Shown here piece by piece: positions 12,381 through 24,566 of a stretch of 38,693 nt of DNA; within the stretch, counting starts at the first letter, position 1, and every line of letters begins with the position of its first letter. Source of the DNA: Nemertoderma westbladi (Eukaryota; Animalia; Xenacoelomorpha); the NCBI GenBank assembly GCA_032718475.1, contig JAUCBJ010007064.1, forward strand, positions 1 to 38,693, written 5' to 3'. The notes below the pieces were generated by a model. The model saw only the letters and a program-made list of their open reading frames with translations. It was not told the DNA's origin and searched no databases. Made by a program: the position numbers and the translations under genes.

Positions 12381-15038
12381 ATGTCTGACACAAAGCAAAA
12401 CCTGTCAGACAGTCTCCTAGATACAACCATCTGTGACCCAGATAGGAGTGCTGAACGTTTGAGACCGAAGTTCAACTCACCTCTTACTGTAAGAAAAGTC
12501 ATCCCTCCAGTAGTAGTATCAGACCCTAGGCTAGTCAAACACCGTAGGTCTATCATAGGCACTCTGGCTCAAGTCAAGAGGGACCAAGAAGCAGCTGTTA
12601 AACAGCAGCAACACACGAGCCGAGAACTTAATTCTCAGCGGCCCGATAGCTCCAGTAGTTCGGATACTGTAGAGCTGACACCCGAGTGCGGAGCAAAGAT
12701 GGCAGATGCGGTTTATTCGGACCCCCTTCTCATTCTTCCTGCAGCCGTACTCACTAGGTTATTGATTGCGGTGGAAGAACACCAAATCAATTGGGCGAGA
12801 AGTAAGCGATCGACCAAGGATAGTTATGCGGGATACACAAGGGAGGAACTGAAATCTATTGTCGAGTCGCAATGGAACTTCCCCGGACCCAGACTCCCGT
12901 TTAACTTATCGGAAGCTGCCTGGGAAGACTTACACCGGATGGGATTGACAAAGGACACTAGTGATCCAGCTGTGTGGAAGCAGGATATGTACAGAGATTC
13001 TTCAGCTCTTTGGAGCGATTAGAGGAACAACCGTTTCAACAACTCCAAGGACCTCAAGAGCAGGGAGAGCTGCTTTATCAAGTTTGAGAAAGAATTCTAA
13101 GAATCAGACTAATTTTATCGACCTTTGAGGAAGCTTCGAAAAGAAGACAAGACACGTCGTTGCAAGTTGCTGTAAAGACTTGGTTCCAGCGGGTGGGTCT
13201 CAAGGTTGAAGGAACGGCCCAGTGGAAATCTCAGCTGGCTGAGCGCTCAACCCATGGAGAATCAACAGACGCTACCTTTTCTCAAGTGGAAAGCGAAGCG
13301 ACAGCAGAGAAACCGCAGAAGAGGGACGCTATTGACATCTATCTGTCAGACTATCAACGATTTCTAGGTGATGAAGAGTTGAGGAGACGGATGGCTGGAC
13401 TTAGCCCTGATAGTTAAGGAGCCAAGCTTGTGTTGGATGCAATAGATGCGGAAATGTTAGCTGCGAACCAAGCTAAATTTGATGAACGCCTCCGCATCGC
13501 TAGAGTCCAAGAATAACAAGTAAATAAAAAACGTATAGAAGACAGAAAGACAGCAGCAGCGGCAGTGGCAGAAGTTGAAAGAAAAGCGGCAGCGGCAGCG
13601 GCAGAGGCAGAAGTGGAAAGAAAGGCGGTAGAAGTGGAAAGAAAGGCGGCAGAAGTGGAAAGAAAGGCGGTAGAAGTGGAAAGAAAGGCGGTAGAAGGGG
13701 AAAGAAAAGCGGCAGTGGCAGCGGCAGAAGTGGAAAGAAAAGCAGCAGAGGCAGTGGCAGAAGCAGAACTGAGAGTGTCTGAAGAGACCACCCAACTAGA
13801 GTTGGAAAATCTTCAAGAGAATCAAGACTACATAAATAAACAGTTAACAGCTAGTCAGATGCAGATGATAAGTCGATCTACTCCCAAAAGGCAGGGATTT
13901 ACATCATCTGATGAAGGCGATACCACCGATCCTGAAGGCGGAGGAAATAGATCTCACACAGAACAGATCTCGTACAGAACCCACAGACCAAATTATTAGA
14001 CTAGAAAGACTCCCTACTATAGTAGATGAGCCTGAAATAATTAGGCCTGTTCTCGAAGCCACCCCTTCTGTGATAGAGACCCCTGTACTTCCAGAACCTA
14101 ACTCTAAATTCCCTTTGCACAGTACTAAACTACCTGTACCCAGTAGGACTGTTCCAGAGTCAATTCCAGTCCTGGACACCGAGCGAGACATTAACGACTT
14201 ATCGCCCATCGTCCCTCGTCTACCCGCTACTATGTTGGCGGCTCCCGCTTCGGCGGTAGAGTGGGTGGATGAGGGACGGCGGGAGATGGGTCTCCTGCTC
14301 GGGCAGCTGAGGGAACACCATTTGTGTTCCTCTCAGCAGGTCCGGGAGATGGAAGGGACTGTTCAACAGTTAAAGGGAACAGTCAGAGAGGGTAGGTTAG
14401 AGTTGCAAGAAGTGCAGCAGAGTATCGCGTTAGAACGCGATAAATTAGTAAATATACAAAGGGGTATACCATCACCCCCTGTAACAATGTGTCAACCTGT
14501 TAGCGTTAGGTCTGAAATATTTCATGCGCAAGGTGTGGAGCCTACACGCATCTATACTGCTAGTGAAGTAGAAACTCCTATAATAAACACCATTAAGGGT
14601 AACGATAAACCTGTTGATAATGATATTCCATATAGACCTGATAATAATCCGAGAAATTTATATACCGATAACTCGATATTAAATAATACGATGGCTCAAG
14701 AAAGTTTTACGCGTCAAATGGCTAGAACCGAAGCCCGTCAAGCGGTAAAGGTGGGAGAGATAGTCAAGGTCAATGGAGATGAGATGAAATGGTTACCTTT
14801 TAATGAATATTATAAAGATAACATACAGAACTCTGTGCTATCTAACGGAGAGAAACTTAGATTCCTCATCGAGTGCTTGGAAGGATCTCCCAAGTTAATG
14901 GCGTTAAAGTTTATTGGACATCCAGATGGATTAAGACAAGTTTGGGATACACTAAACATCAGGTATGGTAATAGGAATAACATAGCTAGGTATTTGTATG
15001 CGAAATTGGTAGCGCCCCGAAAGTTTCTTAGCAGCGGG
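12381..15038 (+). pseudogene. gag: gag of element B, 5' part (stops and frameshifts)
   Basis: Fragments 12381-13022, 13160-13417, 13565-13999 and 13911-15038 are collinear with A Gag. DUF1759-like motif NGDEMKWLPF...LSNGEKLRFLIECLEGSP...WDTLNIRYG. Confidence 0.85.
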
Positions 15039-16075
15039 AGTAGTAAGAGTATGCCACTCTTGGCGACAGTTTGGTCCTACTTCGCACCTTGGGTGTTAAG
15101 TAGGTCATTAATTAATTAAACAATTAATTAATTGGTCGATTAACCAATTAATTAATTGTTTAATCAATCGATTTGTATCAAATAATGTTGCCAAAGGCAA
15201 TTTAATTTGACACAAATCAATCAGATAGGGACGCGAGATGAATAGATTGTACTACAGAAGATGAAATATACAATACAATAGGCACTGTGCAATACAATAT
15301 ACAGTACATTTGTATTATTTTTGCCGTACAATAGAATGATAGAATGAAATATAAAGACGCGATCGGGGCCCAAAACATAACCCTTTCAAGAAAATAAAAT
15401 GGACCAGTTTGGCCCTGGTTCAATCCCTCAATAATCTGTGGCCGTTTGGGCTCTTATTAGACGTAGCATGACTGACTAACCCCACCATTGAATCCTATGT
15501 TGAGTTATACTGCATGTCAACGTTGGGCTGCCACACATTTTAAATTATTTAAACTCCAGCTTCGTTATCATGTAAACCATTGTCAATTCGCCAGAGAAAT
15601 TAGAATAAACATCTGGTCTTGCAATAGATTGCATTCTTTCGCATTGTGTTGCGAAGCAGCCTGCGCATTAGCTCAGTAGATACTGCAGTTTTATGTTTGA
15701 AGTAATGCATAACCCCTTGTGCTTGCCATACCATGCCTAAAATATTTGTTCAGATATTCTAGTATAACATTAATTAACATACCCATTCATTACACGCACT
15801 TTTCTCCAGCGCACTCCCTGCTTCTCAAATCACCCCATTTCCCATCCTAACTAACCCACAGCCACAGCCACAGCCACAGCCACAGCCACAGCCACAGCCA
15901 CAGCCACAGCCACAGCCACAGCCATAGCCACAGCCACAGCCACAGTCACAGTCACAGCCACAGCCACAGCCACAGCCACAGCCACAGCCACAGCCACAGC
16001 CACAACCACAGCCACAGCCACAACCACAGCCACGGCCACAGCCACAGCCACAACCACAGCCACAGCCTCACCTTC
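15039..16075 (+). repeat. Left TIR of Polinton-like element, including (GCCACA)n at ~15856-16065
   Basis: Reverse complement of 18121-19050. I saw two 4-bp indels and about two substitutions outside the hexamer array, which is longer on this side. Confidence 0.92.
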
Positions 16076-16079
16076 AACC

Positions 16080-16305
16080 ATCCCTCACTCAATCACTTCC
16101 TCACTCCCTTATTCCCTCACCCCCTCACTCCCTCATTCCCCCACTCACTCACTCATTCCCTCACTCCCTCACTCCCTCATTCCCTCATTCCCTCACTTTC
16201 TCACTCCCTCATTCCCTCACTTTCTCACTCCCTCATTCCCTCATTCCCTCACTTTCTCACTCCCTCATTTCCTCACCCCTCACTCCCTCACTCCCTCTCT
16301 CCCTC
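16080..16305. repeat. (CCCTCACT/CCCTCATT)n 8-mer simple repeat
   Basis: Directly visible pyrimidine-rich array next to the left TIR. Confidence 0.85.
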
Positions 16306-16376
16306 TGTCAAGTCTTAAATGAAAGTCTTACAAATCCGAACGTCAACGAACAAATTCGAAGGTTACTGTTTCACCT

Positions 16377-16451
16377 TGGTGTAGTGGTTGCATTGAATTC
16401 ACATCTCCCGCATGTCATGGGTTCGATCCTTGCATGAACCAGGACAGTTTT
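16377..16451 (+). promoter_or_regulatory. tRNA-like internal Pol III promoter (A box + B box) with T4 stop
   Basis: TGGTGTAGTGG at 16377, GGTTCGATCC at 16420, TTTT at 16448; second B-box-like GGTTCGAACC at 16485. Confidence 0.5.
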
Positions 16452-16909
16452 CGTTCGGTCAGCAATAGGCCTCGGTCAGCAATAGGTTCGAACCCTAGAA
16501 GAGCATTATTCTTTTTCCTAGCTCTAGACTGAATCTAGTGTACACTAGCTTTGACTCTCCCAGCTATAGTGATAGTATGCAACCTTGGGAGTTAATGTGC
16601 GGTCTTATGAGTAAAGGGCAAGAGATTAGACTTCATGTTGCCTCCATTGATTCACTCTTCTTAACTTTATAAAATAACTCCACCCTTATTTAAAGTTTTA
16701 AAAATTATGACTTAGTCGACTAATTTTCCAAAATATATTATAAAAAACATATAATTTCTTGAATAAATAGACCTAATAGCAATAAATATTGTTGGCAAAT
16801 ACATTTATAATACTAATAATAATTAAGGATAAATACTCCTAATACCAATATAATTGTTATGGATAAATAGTCCTAATACTATTATGAAAGGAACTCAAAC
16901 AAACAAATG

Positions 16910-17878
16910 TCAATAGCGTCCTCCTGCGCGGGCAAATACTGTACGAGAGTTTGTTGTCATAGGTCTTCGAAAATAAGTAAAAGCTGGTTGATTTTCTTTA
17001 CTTTCATCTTCCTCATTAACCAACGGTTTCTTAATTTTATTCAATTGTTCATTAATTTTCAGTAATTTACTTTTATTTCCCAGAACCTGTCTTAATATCT
17101 CTTCTCTATTTTCCTCGTTTTCTTCCATTTGTTTAATAAATTTCCGCATTTGATTTTTGTTTCCTAATATTTGTCTCAATATCTCTTCTTTATTTTCATC
17201 ATTCTCTTCTAAATGTTTAATAATTTTCCGCAATTTATTCTTATTTCCAAGTAATTGTCTCAATATTTCCTTATTATTATCATTTTCATCATCTTCTTCA
17301 CTTTCCTGACCTTCACTTTCTTCGTCCTCTTCCTGACCTTCACTTTCTTCATCCTCTTTCTGACCTTCACTTTCGTCATCCTCTTCCTGTTCTTCACTTT
17401 CTTCATCCTCTTCCTGTTCTTCATTTTCTTCATTCTCTTCCTGACCTTCGCTTTCTTCACCCTCTTCCTGACCTTCACTTTCTTCGTCATCTTCATGACC
17501 TTCACTCACTTCGTTCTCAACCTCACTCTCTTCAACTTCATCTTGACCCTCACTATTTTCATTCTCCATCTCATCGTCCTCTTCTTCTTCATCTTTCTCA
17601 CTCAAATTCTCATCATTTTCTAGGGGTAACTGTTTTTGTATCCCTTTCAAAATATTCATAACTTTATGAAATTTATTTTCCATTGTCTGTTTTATCTTTA
17701 ATATATCACGCTCAACTCTCTTTTTCTTTTCTTCTTCACTAAAAATATCATCATTATTTTTTAATTTCTTTGGTAATGGTTCCATTACACCTTCCTTTCT
17801 ATGTATACTCATATGGCGGGATATACTGTCTCGTCTCATTTCTTTATTACAAACCAAACATCTTTCATAGCTAGGCAT
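16910..17878 (-). CDS. Hypothetical 322-aa protein: N-terminal C2H2-like zinc finger, basic patch, Glu-rich repeats, repeated coiled-coil unit
   Basis: CLVC-x12-HMSIH; PLPKKLK; (EESEGQEED)n; three copies of (K/R)EEILRQxLGNK; uninterrupted ORF with ATG. Confidence 0.75.
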   Translation of the reverse strand: MPSYERCLVCNKEMRRDSISRHMSIHRKEGVMEPLPKKLKNNDDIFSEEEKKKRVERDILKIKQTMENKFHKVMNILKGIQKQLPLENDENLSEKDEEEEDDEMENENSEGQDEVEESEVENEVSEGHEDDEESEGQEEGEESEGQEENEENEEQEEDEESEEQEEDDESEGQKEDEESEGQEEDEESEGQESEEDDENDNNKEILRQLLGNKNKLRKIIKHLEENDENKEEILRQILGNKNQMRKFIKQMEENEENREEILRQVLGNKSKLLKINEQLNKIKKPLVNEEDESKENQPAFTYFRRPMTTNSRTVFARAGGRY

Positions 17879-18120
17879 TATATAGCAATGTCAATTGATA
17901 TTATGAATTTTCGCTGAATGATTTTACAAAATTTTAAATAAATAAAACTTTTATGAAAATAAATAAAACTTTTAAAAATAAAAATTAGAGAATGAATGAG
18001 AATGCGGTGACTGGGGGCTATTATAGAGGGAGGCTAGAATGGAGTTGTGAAAAAAGAATAATCTATTGTAAACCAGATGTTTCTTGAATTTTTCTCAGGC
18101 GTATTTGACAATAAAGTGGG

Positions 18121-19050
18121 TGAAGGTGAGGCTATGGCTGTGGCTGTGGCTGTGGCTGTGGCTGTGGCTGTGGCTGTGGCTGTGGCTGTGGCTGTGGCTG
18201 TGGCTGTGGTTGTGGCTGTGGCTGTGGGTGTGGGTTAGTTAGGATGGGAAATGGGGTGATTTGAGAAGCAGGGAGTGCGCTGGAGAAAAGTGCGTGTAAT
18301 GAATGGGTATGTTAATTAATGTTATACTAGAGTATCTGAACAAATATTTTAGGCATGGTATGGCAAGCACGAGGGGTTATGCATTACTTCAAACATAAAA
18401 CTGCAGTATCTACTGAGCTAATGCGCAGGCTGCTTCGCAACACAATGCGAAAGAATGCAATCTATTGCAAGACCAGATGTTTATTCTAATTTCTCTGGCG
18501 AATTGACAATGGTTTACATGATAACGAAGCTGGAGTTTAAATAATTTAAAATGTGTGGCAGCCCAACGTTGACATGCAGTATAACTCAACATAGGATTCA
18601 ATGGTGGGGTTAGTCATGCTACGTCTAATAAGAGCCCAAACGGCCACAGATTATTGAGGGATTGAACCAGGGCCAAACTGGTCCATTTTATTTTCTTGAA
18701 AGGGTAATTTATGTTTTGGGCCCCGATCGCGTCTTTATATTTCATTCTATCATTCTATTGTACGGCAAAAATAATACAAATGTACTGTATATTGTATTGC
18801 ACAGTGCCTATTGTATTGTATATTTCATCTTCTGTAGTACAATCTATTCATCTCGCGTCCCTATCTGATTGATTTGTGTCAAATTAAATTGCCTTTGGCA
18901 ACATTATTTGATACAAATCGATTGATTAATCAATTAATTAATTGTTTAATCGACCAATTAATTAATTGTTTAATTAATTAATGACCTACTTAACACCCAA
19001 GGTGCGAAGTAGGACCAAACTGTCGCCAAGAGTGGCATACTCTTACTACT
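18121..19050 (-). repeat. Right TIR of Polinton-like element, including shorter (TGTGGC)n
   Basis: Reverse complement of left TIR; the identical spurious ORFs 15488+ and 18410- confirm it. Confidence 0.92.
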
Positions 19051-19947
19051 AGCGGGATTATAGAATTTTCCGATGAGATCCAGGAGATTTGTAGACAATT
19101 AGATTGGCTAGGTAAGTCTCATGAATATCAGAGTTCTATGGTTATTGGAGCTGTAGCATCTACCTTGCCAAAGGGTGGAGTGGGTACTCGTTGGGACAAA
19201 AGAGTTCTATATATGATGGAACAACAACGAAGAGACCCTACCATGGCTGATCTCATGTCATTCTTGGATGGAGAGGTAAAATTACAGCTCCTAAAGCAGT
19301 CCAGAGAGAAGACACCGGAAAATAAGGTAAGTGAGAAACCCGTTTCTAGGAGAAAGGTAACACCAGTGTGTTATACAGACGACGGCGAAAGCCAGGCCTC
19401 TCAAGAGGAGAACAACGGGAAAGACACCGAAAGATCTTACTATGTCAACAAAGCGCCTAAGGACGTAAGTAAATTTAAGTCTCGAACTAGTGACAGGAGA
19501 GAACAAGTAACAAAAACTCCTCCTACGTCTCCTAAGAGAATTCATGGAAGAAAGCCCGAGGAAAGAATGAGTGTGCACAACATTACCCAAGGTAAAGTAA
19601 GTAACATCAAACCAAAATGTGCATTGTGCGACGGGCCCCACCGTTTAAGTGTGTGTGATGAATTCTTAAAGAAATCCCTAAAAGATAGACGTGATGTCAT
19701 GTGGGATAAGCGGTTGTGTTATAATTGTCTCAGACAAGGACACCAACGGCGAACCTGTTACTCCGATGCGAGGTGTGCTAAGTGGGGCGCGAAACATCAT
19801 ATCTTGTTGCACACCGAATTTGAAAGAAACAGCCCGAGTCAGGTAAGTGAGTCCGAACTACATGTCCAATTTAGTGATGTGAACGACACTGACCAAAGTT
19901 CTGAGATGGAAGGATTTTACACGGATGAATTCTCCGACGAAAACTAA
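19051..19947 (+). pseudogene. gag: gag of element B, 3' part with three zinc knuckles
   Basis: CALCDGPHRLSVC, CYNCLRQGHQRRTC, CAKWGAKHHILLH (third knuckle mutated); the triple-knuckle layout is typical of Bel/Pao. Confidence 0.9.
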
Positions 19948-20045
19948 TCCTGTTATCTAATAAACACCACGGTGTATCGAGCGCTTACGTATGAGACTGA
20001 AACCGATAACGAAGTGCACCCGGCTATTCCTGACCGACAACCATC

Positions 20046-23000
20046 TTGGAAAGCACCAACTTCAATGTCGGAATCCGGGAATTCCCCGTAGTTCAGCTAA
20101 GAGTCCATGGGTTGAGTAAGAGTTTTATAGTCAACGCACTCCTGGACTCCGGCAGCACAGGAACGTTCATCGATAAAGAACTAGCCGAAGACATCTTTGC
20201 AGGACAACCCAAGTTCCTAACTAAGTTGAACCTTTCAGGAATTATGCAGGTTTGGAAATCTACCGTAGCTACAGACTACTATGTAGGTGCATTGTCCAGA
20301 TGTCCACTCCCCAAGACGAACTAGGAGAACACAGTATAAGGTCAGTAAAAATGGTGGCGATAAAGAACTTTGCTACCAGCCAAGTAGAACCTTACAACTG
20401 GGATGAAGACGATTTTACCCAGCAACATAATATCCCTAGATTCAACACAGACTACCCAGGGGTGCAAATTTTAATCGGCCAAAATGCGCATGAGGCGCTT
20501 GAGACATTAGAGAAACGACCTGCTCGACCACAACATTGCAAACTTATGCGGGAAGAACTAGAGTAGGTTGGTACTTCACTGGACCTTCCCGTAGAACGCT
20601 CATGGAAAGATTACCCACTGAACAAGTGCACCAGGTGAGTGAATGGGAAGAAGAAATCAGTGAGGGAGAAATCACACCTGAGGGAACACCATACTCCTCA
20701 GATAACGACGATATTACCCAGCTATTTGACGAGGAAAATACGATAGACCTCATCACTGAAAGTGAAGCTTGGAGAAACCAAGTGCACCTTTGCCATCTCG
20801 TCCATCATGGCGGACAACTCAATTATGACGATGAGCTAAATGAGGTGATAGATCGACATAATGCTAAGATTCGCGACGAACACGCCGTACGATTCTTTAC
20901 TCAAGAAGCTGTAGAGCATAATTCCTACGACAAAGCACTATCAGTCGAGGAGGAAAGAGCCAAGCAGATCCAGGCAACGACTACACGTTTCCTTAGGGAT
21001 CAAGGGAGGTATGAAATTGGTCTGCCATTCCGAAAGCGAGAACCTAATTTTATAAATAACCGACCCTTGGCGGAGAAAAGAATCGCTCAACACATCGACG
21101 TCTTACGGCAAATGCTTCAGCTAAAGAGATGTACAAGACACAGCTGAAGAAATTCATCGATAAGGGATATGCGGAGCGAATACCGGAAGAAACACCCATA
21201 ACTGAGAGAACGTATTATTTAACCCATCATTATTACGTTCCCAAACCCGGTAAACCCAACGAAGTTTGGGTAGTATTTGACGGCTCCGCCCTTTACATGG
21301 GCCAATCCCTTAACTCGGAGTTGTTGCCGGGACCCAACTTACTCCAATCCTTGTTGGGAATACTCTTAAGATTACCAAGATAAGATTACTAAGATATTCA
21401 ACCAATATTCGATCGCTTTCGCCTCGGATATAGAAGGCATGTTCTTACAAGTTAAGGCGCTGTATAGGGATCGAGACAGCCTGCGATTTCTGTGGTGGCC
21501 TGAAGGAGACCTCAGCCAAAAACCGGTGGAGTACTGGATGACCATTCAGGCTTTCGGGATCATCTCGAGCCCCTCGAACGCTTGTTCAGTAGTGCGTACC
21601 ACTGCTGATGACAACCGAGACGCCTTCTCTAAAGCGGTTATCGACAACATCAAATGGGATATATACATGGACGACAATTTAAAGTCCCTCCCATCGGTGG
21701 AAGAAGCCATTGATGTTGCCAAGGGAACGGTGGAGTGCTTGCAACGCGGTGGATTTCGACTAACCAAATTCACTAGCAACTCCCGTGAGTTTCTGGAATC
21801 GATCCCGGTAGAAGACCGAGGAGTTAAAGATCTAGACCTAATCAAGGACGATCTTCCGGAAACCAAGACGCTTGGTTTGAAATGGGACACGGAGAGAGAT
21901 ATCCTGTTTTTCCAGCTAAAACAGCGAGATAATCCAGTTCGAACTAAACGGATTTGTCTAAGTATCCTGAGCACTTATTTCGATCCATTGGGATTTATTA
22001 GCCCAGTTATATTGGTTGCTCAGAGTTTAGTTCAACAAATGTGGCTTGAAAATCACTCGTGGGATGATCCACTTAAGGGAGAACTACTAAAGAAGTGGAT
22101 GAAATGGGAAGATTCTCTACCATCCATCGAGAACTTTACGATTTCCCATTCCTATTTTGGTCATGTTCTCCCCACGTATTCCTATCAACTCCATGTGTTT
22201 GGAGACGCCAGCGATATGGGAATAGGTATAGTAGCCTACCTGAGGGTTGAAACTCCGGATGGAATTAAAGTTGCCTTGGTTACCTCTAAGGCCTTGATAA
22301 ACAACAAGTTACGAGTTCCTCGAGCGGAGTTAAAAGCGGCTCTATACGCTACAGCTATCGGCCGGAATGTCACAGAACAGATCGACTATCCACTGGAGAA
22401 AACTGTCTATTGGACCGATGCTTTACTCGTTTTGGAGTATATAACCAATGAAGTCTGTCAGTTCAGCGTCTTCGTTACCAACAGAGTAGCCATTATACTT
22501 AGTCGCACTAGTGTAGATCAATGGAGACATTGCCCTGGGACGATTAATCCAGCCGACATCGCCTCCAGAGGAGCAACTCCTCAAGAACTGGTAGACACTC
22601 CGGACTGGTTAGGTGGACCCGACTTCCTAAGTAAAGAAGAGGATGAATGGCCTCCTCATCTCACAACGGCTGAGATTAGACAAGCCAAGGGAGCGGAGAA
22701 AGTCAAACCTAAAACCCGGACGAGTAAATCGAAATTATTTAAACCCGTGATAGATCTGTCTGTACTACATATTTCCGGAGACGACGCTGTGGATCTAAAC
22801 TCCCCCGCCACAAATAAGTCTGTTGTGGAAATCAGAGAGAAATCTGGAACTGGATTGGAAATCTGGAACACCAGACGTTTCGCAGGGACTCTCACCTCTC
22901 CTACAGAGAGCGATACATCACTATAGCTCCTGGAATCGGCTTTATAAGGCCGTTGCTTATTTGAAGCGATGCTTCCATTATCACTACTCCAGGACGAAGA

Positions 23001-24548
23001 TCGCTAGTGATACCGCCCCACTGACATCTGTGCAGGTCCATGCTATTAAAGATCTTCCCAAATATAAAATCTCTGACGGAGAAGATCAGTTACCAGGAGC
23101 ATGAAGAAACCAATAAGCAGATACTGAGACTCCTGCAATGCTATGAAGATTCCGATAAGTATTTCCTGTTGTTGAGAAATCCACAGATGCGCTTAAGGGA
23201 TCGTTTCTCTAGCACAATGATAGATGGGTTAATATGTGTTGGAGGGAGACTAACTAATGCTCCAGTATCCTTTGACACTAAGTTTCCCATACTCATTAGA
23301 AATCTTGAAATACAAATCAAGATGATTGTAGATGTTCACAGTAAGCTTTACCATGCTGGTAGAGAATGAGTTCTTAGCGAAATTCGAACTCGCTATTATT
23401 TTCATAAACCACGTAGAGCTCTAAACCAAGTTCTTAGGAACTGTATACCCTGTAGGAAGGCATTCAGTAGGCCTTTAACACAGCGAGAGGCAGAATTACC
23501 TAGGGAACGAGTAAGCTTCTATGAACCACCCTTTACTAATACCGGTGTGGATTTATTTGGCCCTATTGAAGTATATCGTGCCAGGACTATAGTTAAGCGA
23601 TGGTGTGTCATCTTTGTCTGTATGACTTGTAGAGCGATCCATTTAGATATGGTGAACGATCTATCTACCAACAGCTTTATACTGAGTCAAGGCCGACAGA
23701 TTGCTCGCTTTGGAACTAGCAACACGATGAGATCTGATAAAGGGATGAACTTCATTGGCGCCAATAATGAGATCAAGGCTTATGTTAGAGATTGGAACCA
23801 AAGACAGGTGGACGATCAGCTAAGGGTAACAGCATCTAGCTGGACATTCAACGCCGCCGACGCCCCTTGGTGGGGAGGAAGTTGGGAGAGATTAATAAGA
23901 AGCGTGAAGACCGCATTTCACTTTATAGTGCCGTGCCGCGCGTATCTCACCGACGAACTTTTGCGGACGTTAATGGAAGAAATCGCCGCCTATCTTAACG
24001 AAAGACCGCTTATGCCAGTCTCATCGAGTCCCGACTCACTGGAAGCGCTAACACCCGCGCACTTCCTACTGAAGAAACCTGTAGCCATGCTCCCACGATC
24101 GGAAATCACGGACGGATACGAATACTGCCGACAAACTTGGCAACTTATGCAGTTATTATCCCGTCGTTTCGCTGACCATTTCGAAAAACATTATCTGCCT
24201 ACGCTACAACTTCGAACCAAGTGGTTTGCGCAGCAAGAAAACGTCAGCGCCGGAGACATGGTCCTTATTGTGGAAACAGATCTTCCACGTAAGCGGTGGC
24301 AGACAGGTCGTATCATCGAGACTCATATCTCAGATGACAGTTTAGTGCGATCGGTAGAACTCGTCGTCATGCGACGTAACTTTAAGAAACCGGGAATTGT
24401 ATTCGAGACGCAGCAGCTCAATCGCCCAGTTGGTCGTTTATGTTTACTGGAGAGAGACAGAGAACTGTCCGGAAACTATGGAAGGCAAGATACTCTTCCC
24501 ACGACCACCTCCCTAATCCAACAGACATCTAGGGACTCCCCAATGTAA
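20046..24548 (+). pseudogene. pol: pol of element B (protease, RT, RNase H, integrase), multiple frameshifts and stops
   Basis: PR ALLDSGSTGTFI and TRVGWYFTGP. RT VVFDGSA, SLNSELLPGPNL, MFLQV, LRFLWW, YMDD. RH LHVFGDAS, VPRAELKAA, WTDA. IN DLFGP, SDKGMNF, APWWGGSWERLI, DUF5641-like tail. Confidence 0.95.
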
Positions 24549-24566
24549 TAGCGTCTGGAGTGGGTG

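Larger units (their letters stand above)
15039..19050. mobile_element. Non-autonomous Polinton/Maverick-like element, 4012 bp
   Basis: Ends AGTAGTAAGAG...CTCTTACTACT. 6-bp TSD AGCGGG at 15033-15038 and 19051-19056. Near-identical long TIRs. Removing it rejoins gag in frame (..RKFLS-SG-IIEFSDEIQE..). No pPolB or integrase inside. Confidence 0.85.

Noticed and set aside
15488-16081. Small ORFs in the TIRs (63 aa duplicated at 18410; poly-VA 76 aa)
   Set aside because: By-products of the inverted repeat and the hexamer microsatellite
16371-16445. Functional tRNA gene
   Set aside because: A and B boxes are present but no convincing acceptor or anticodon stems
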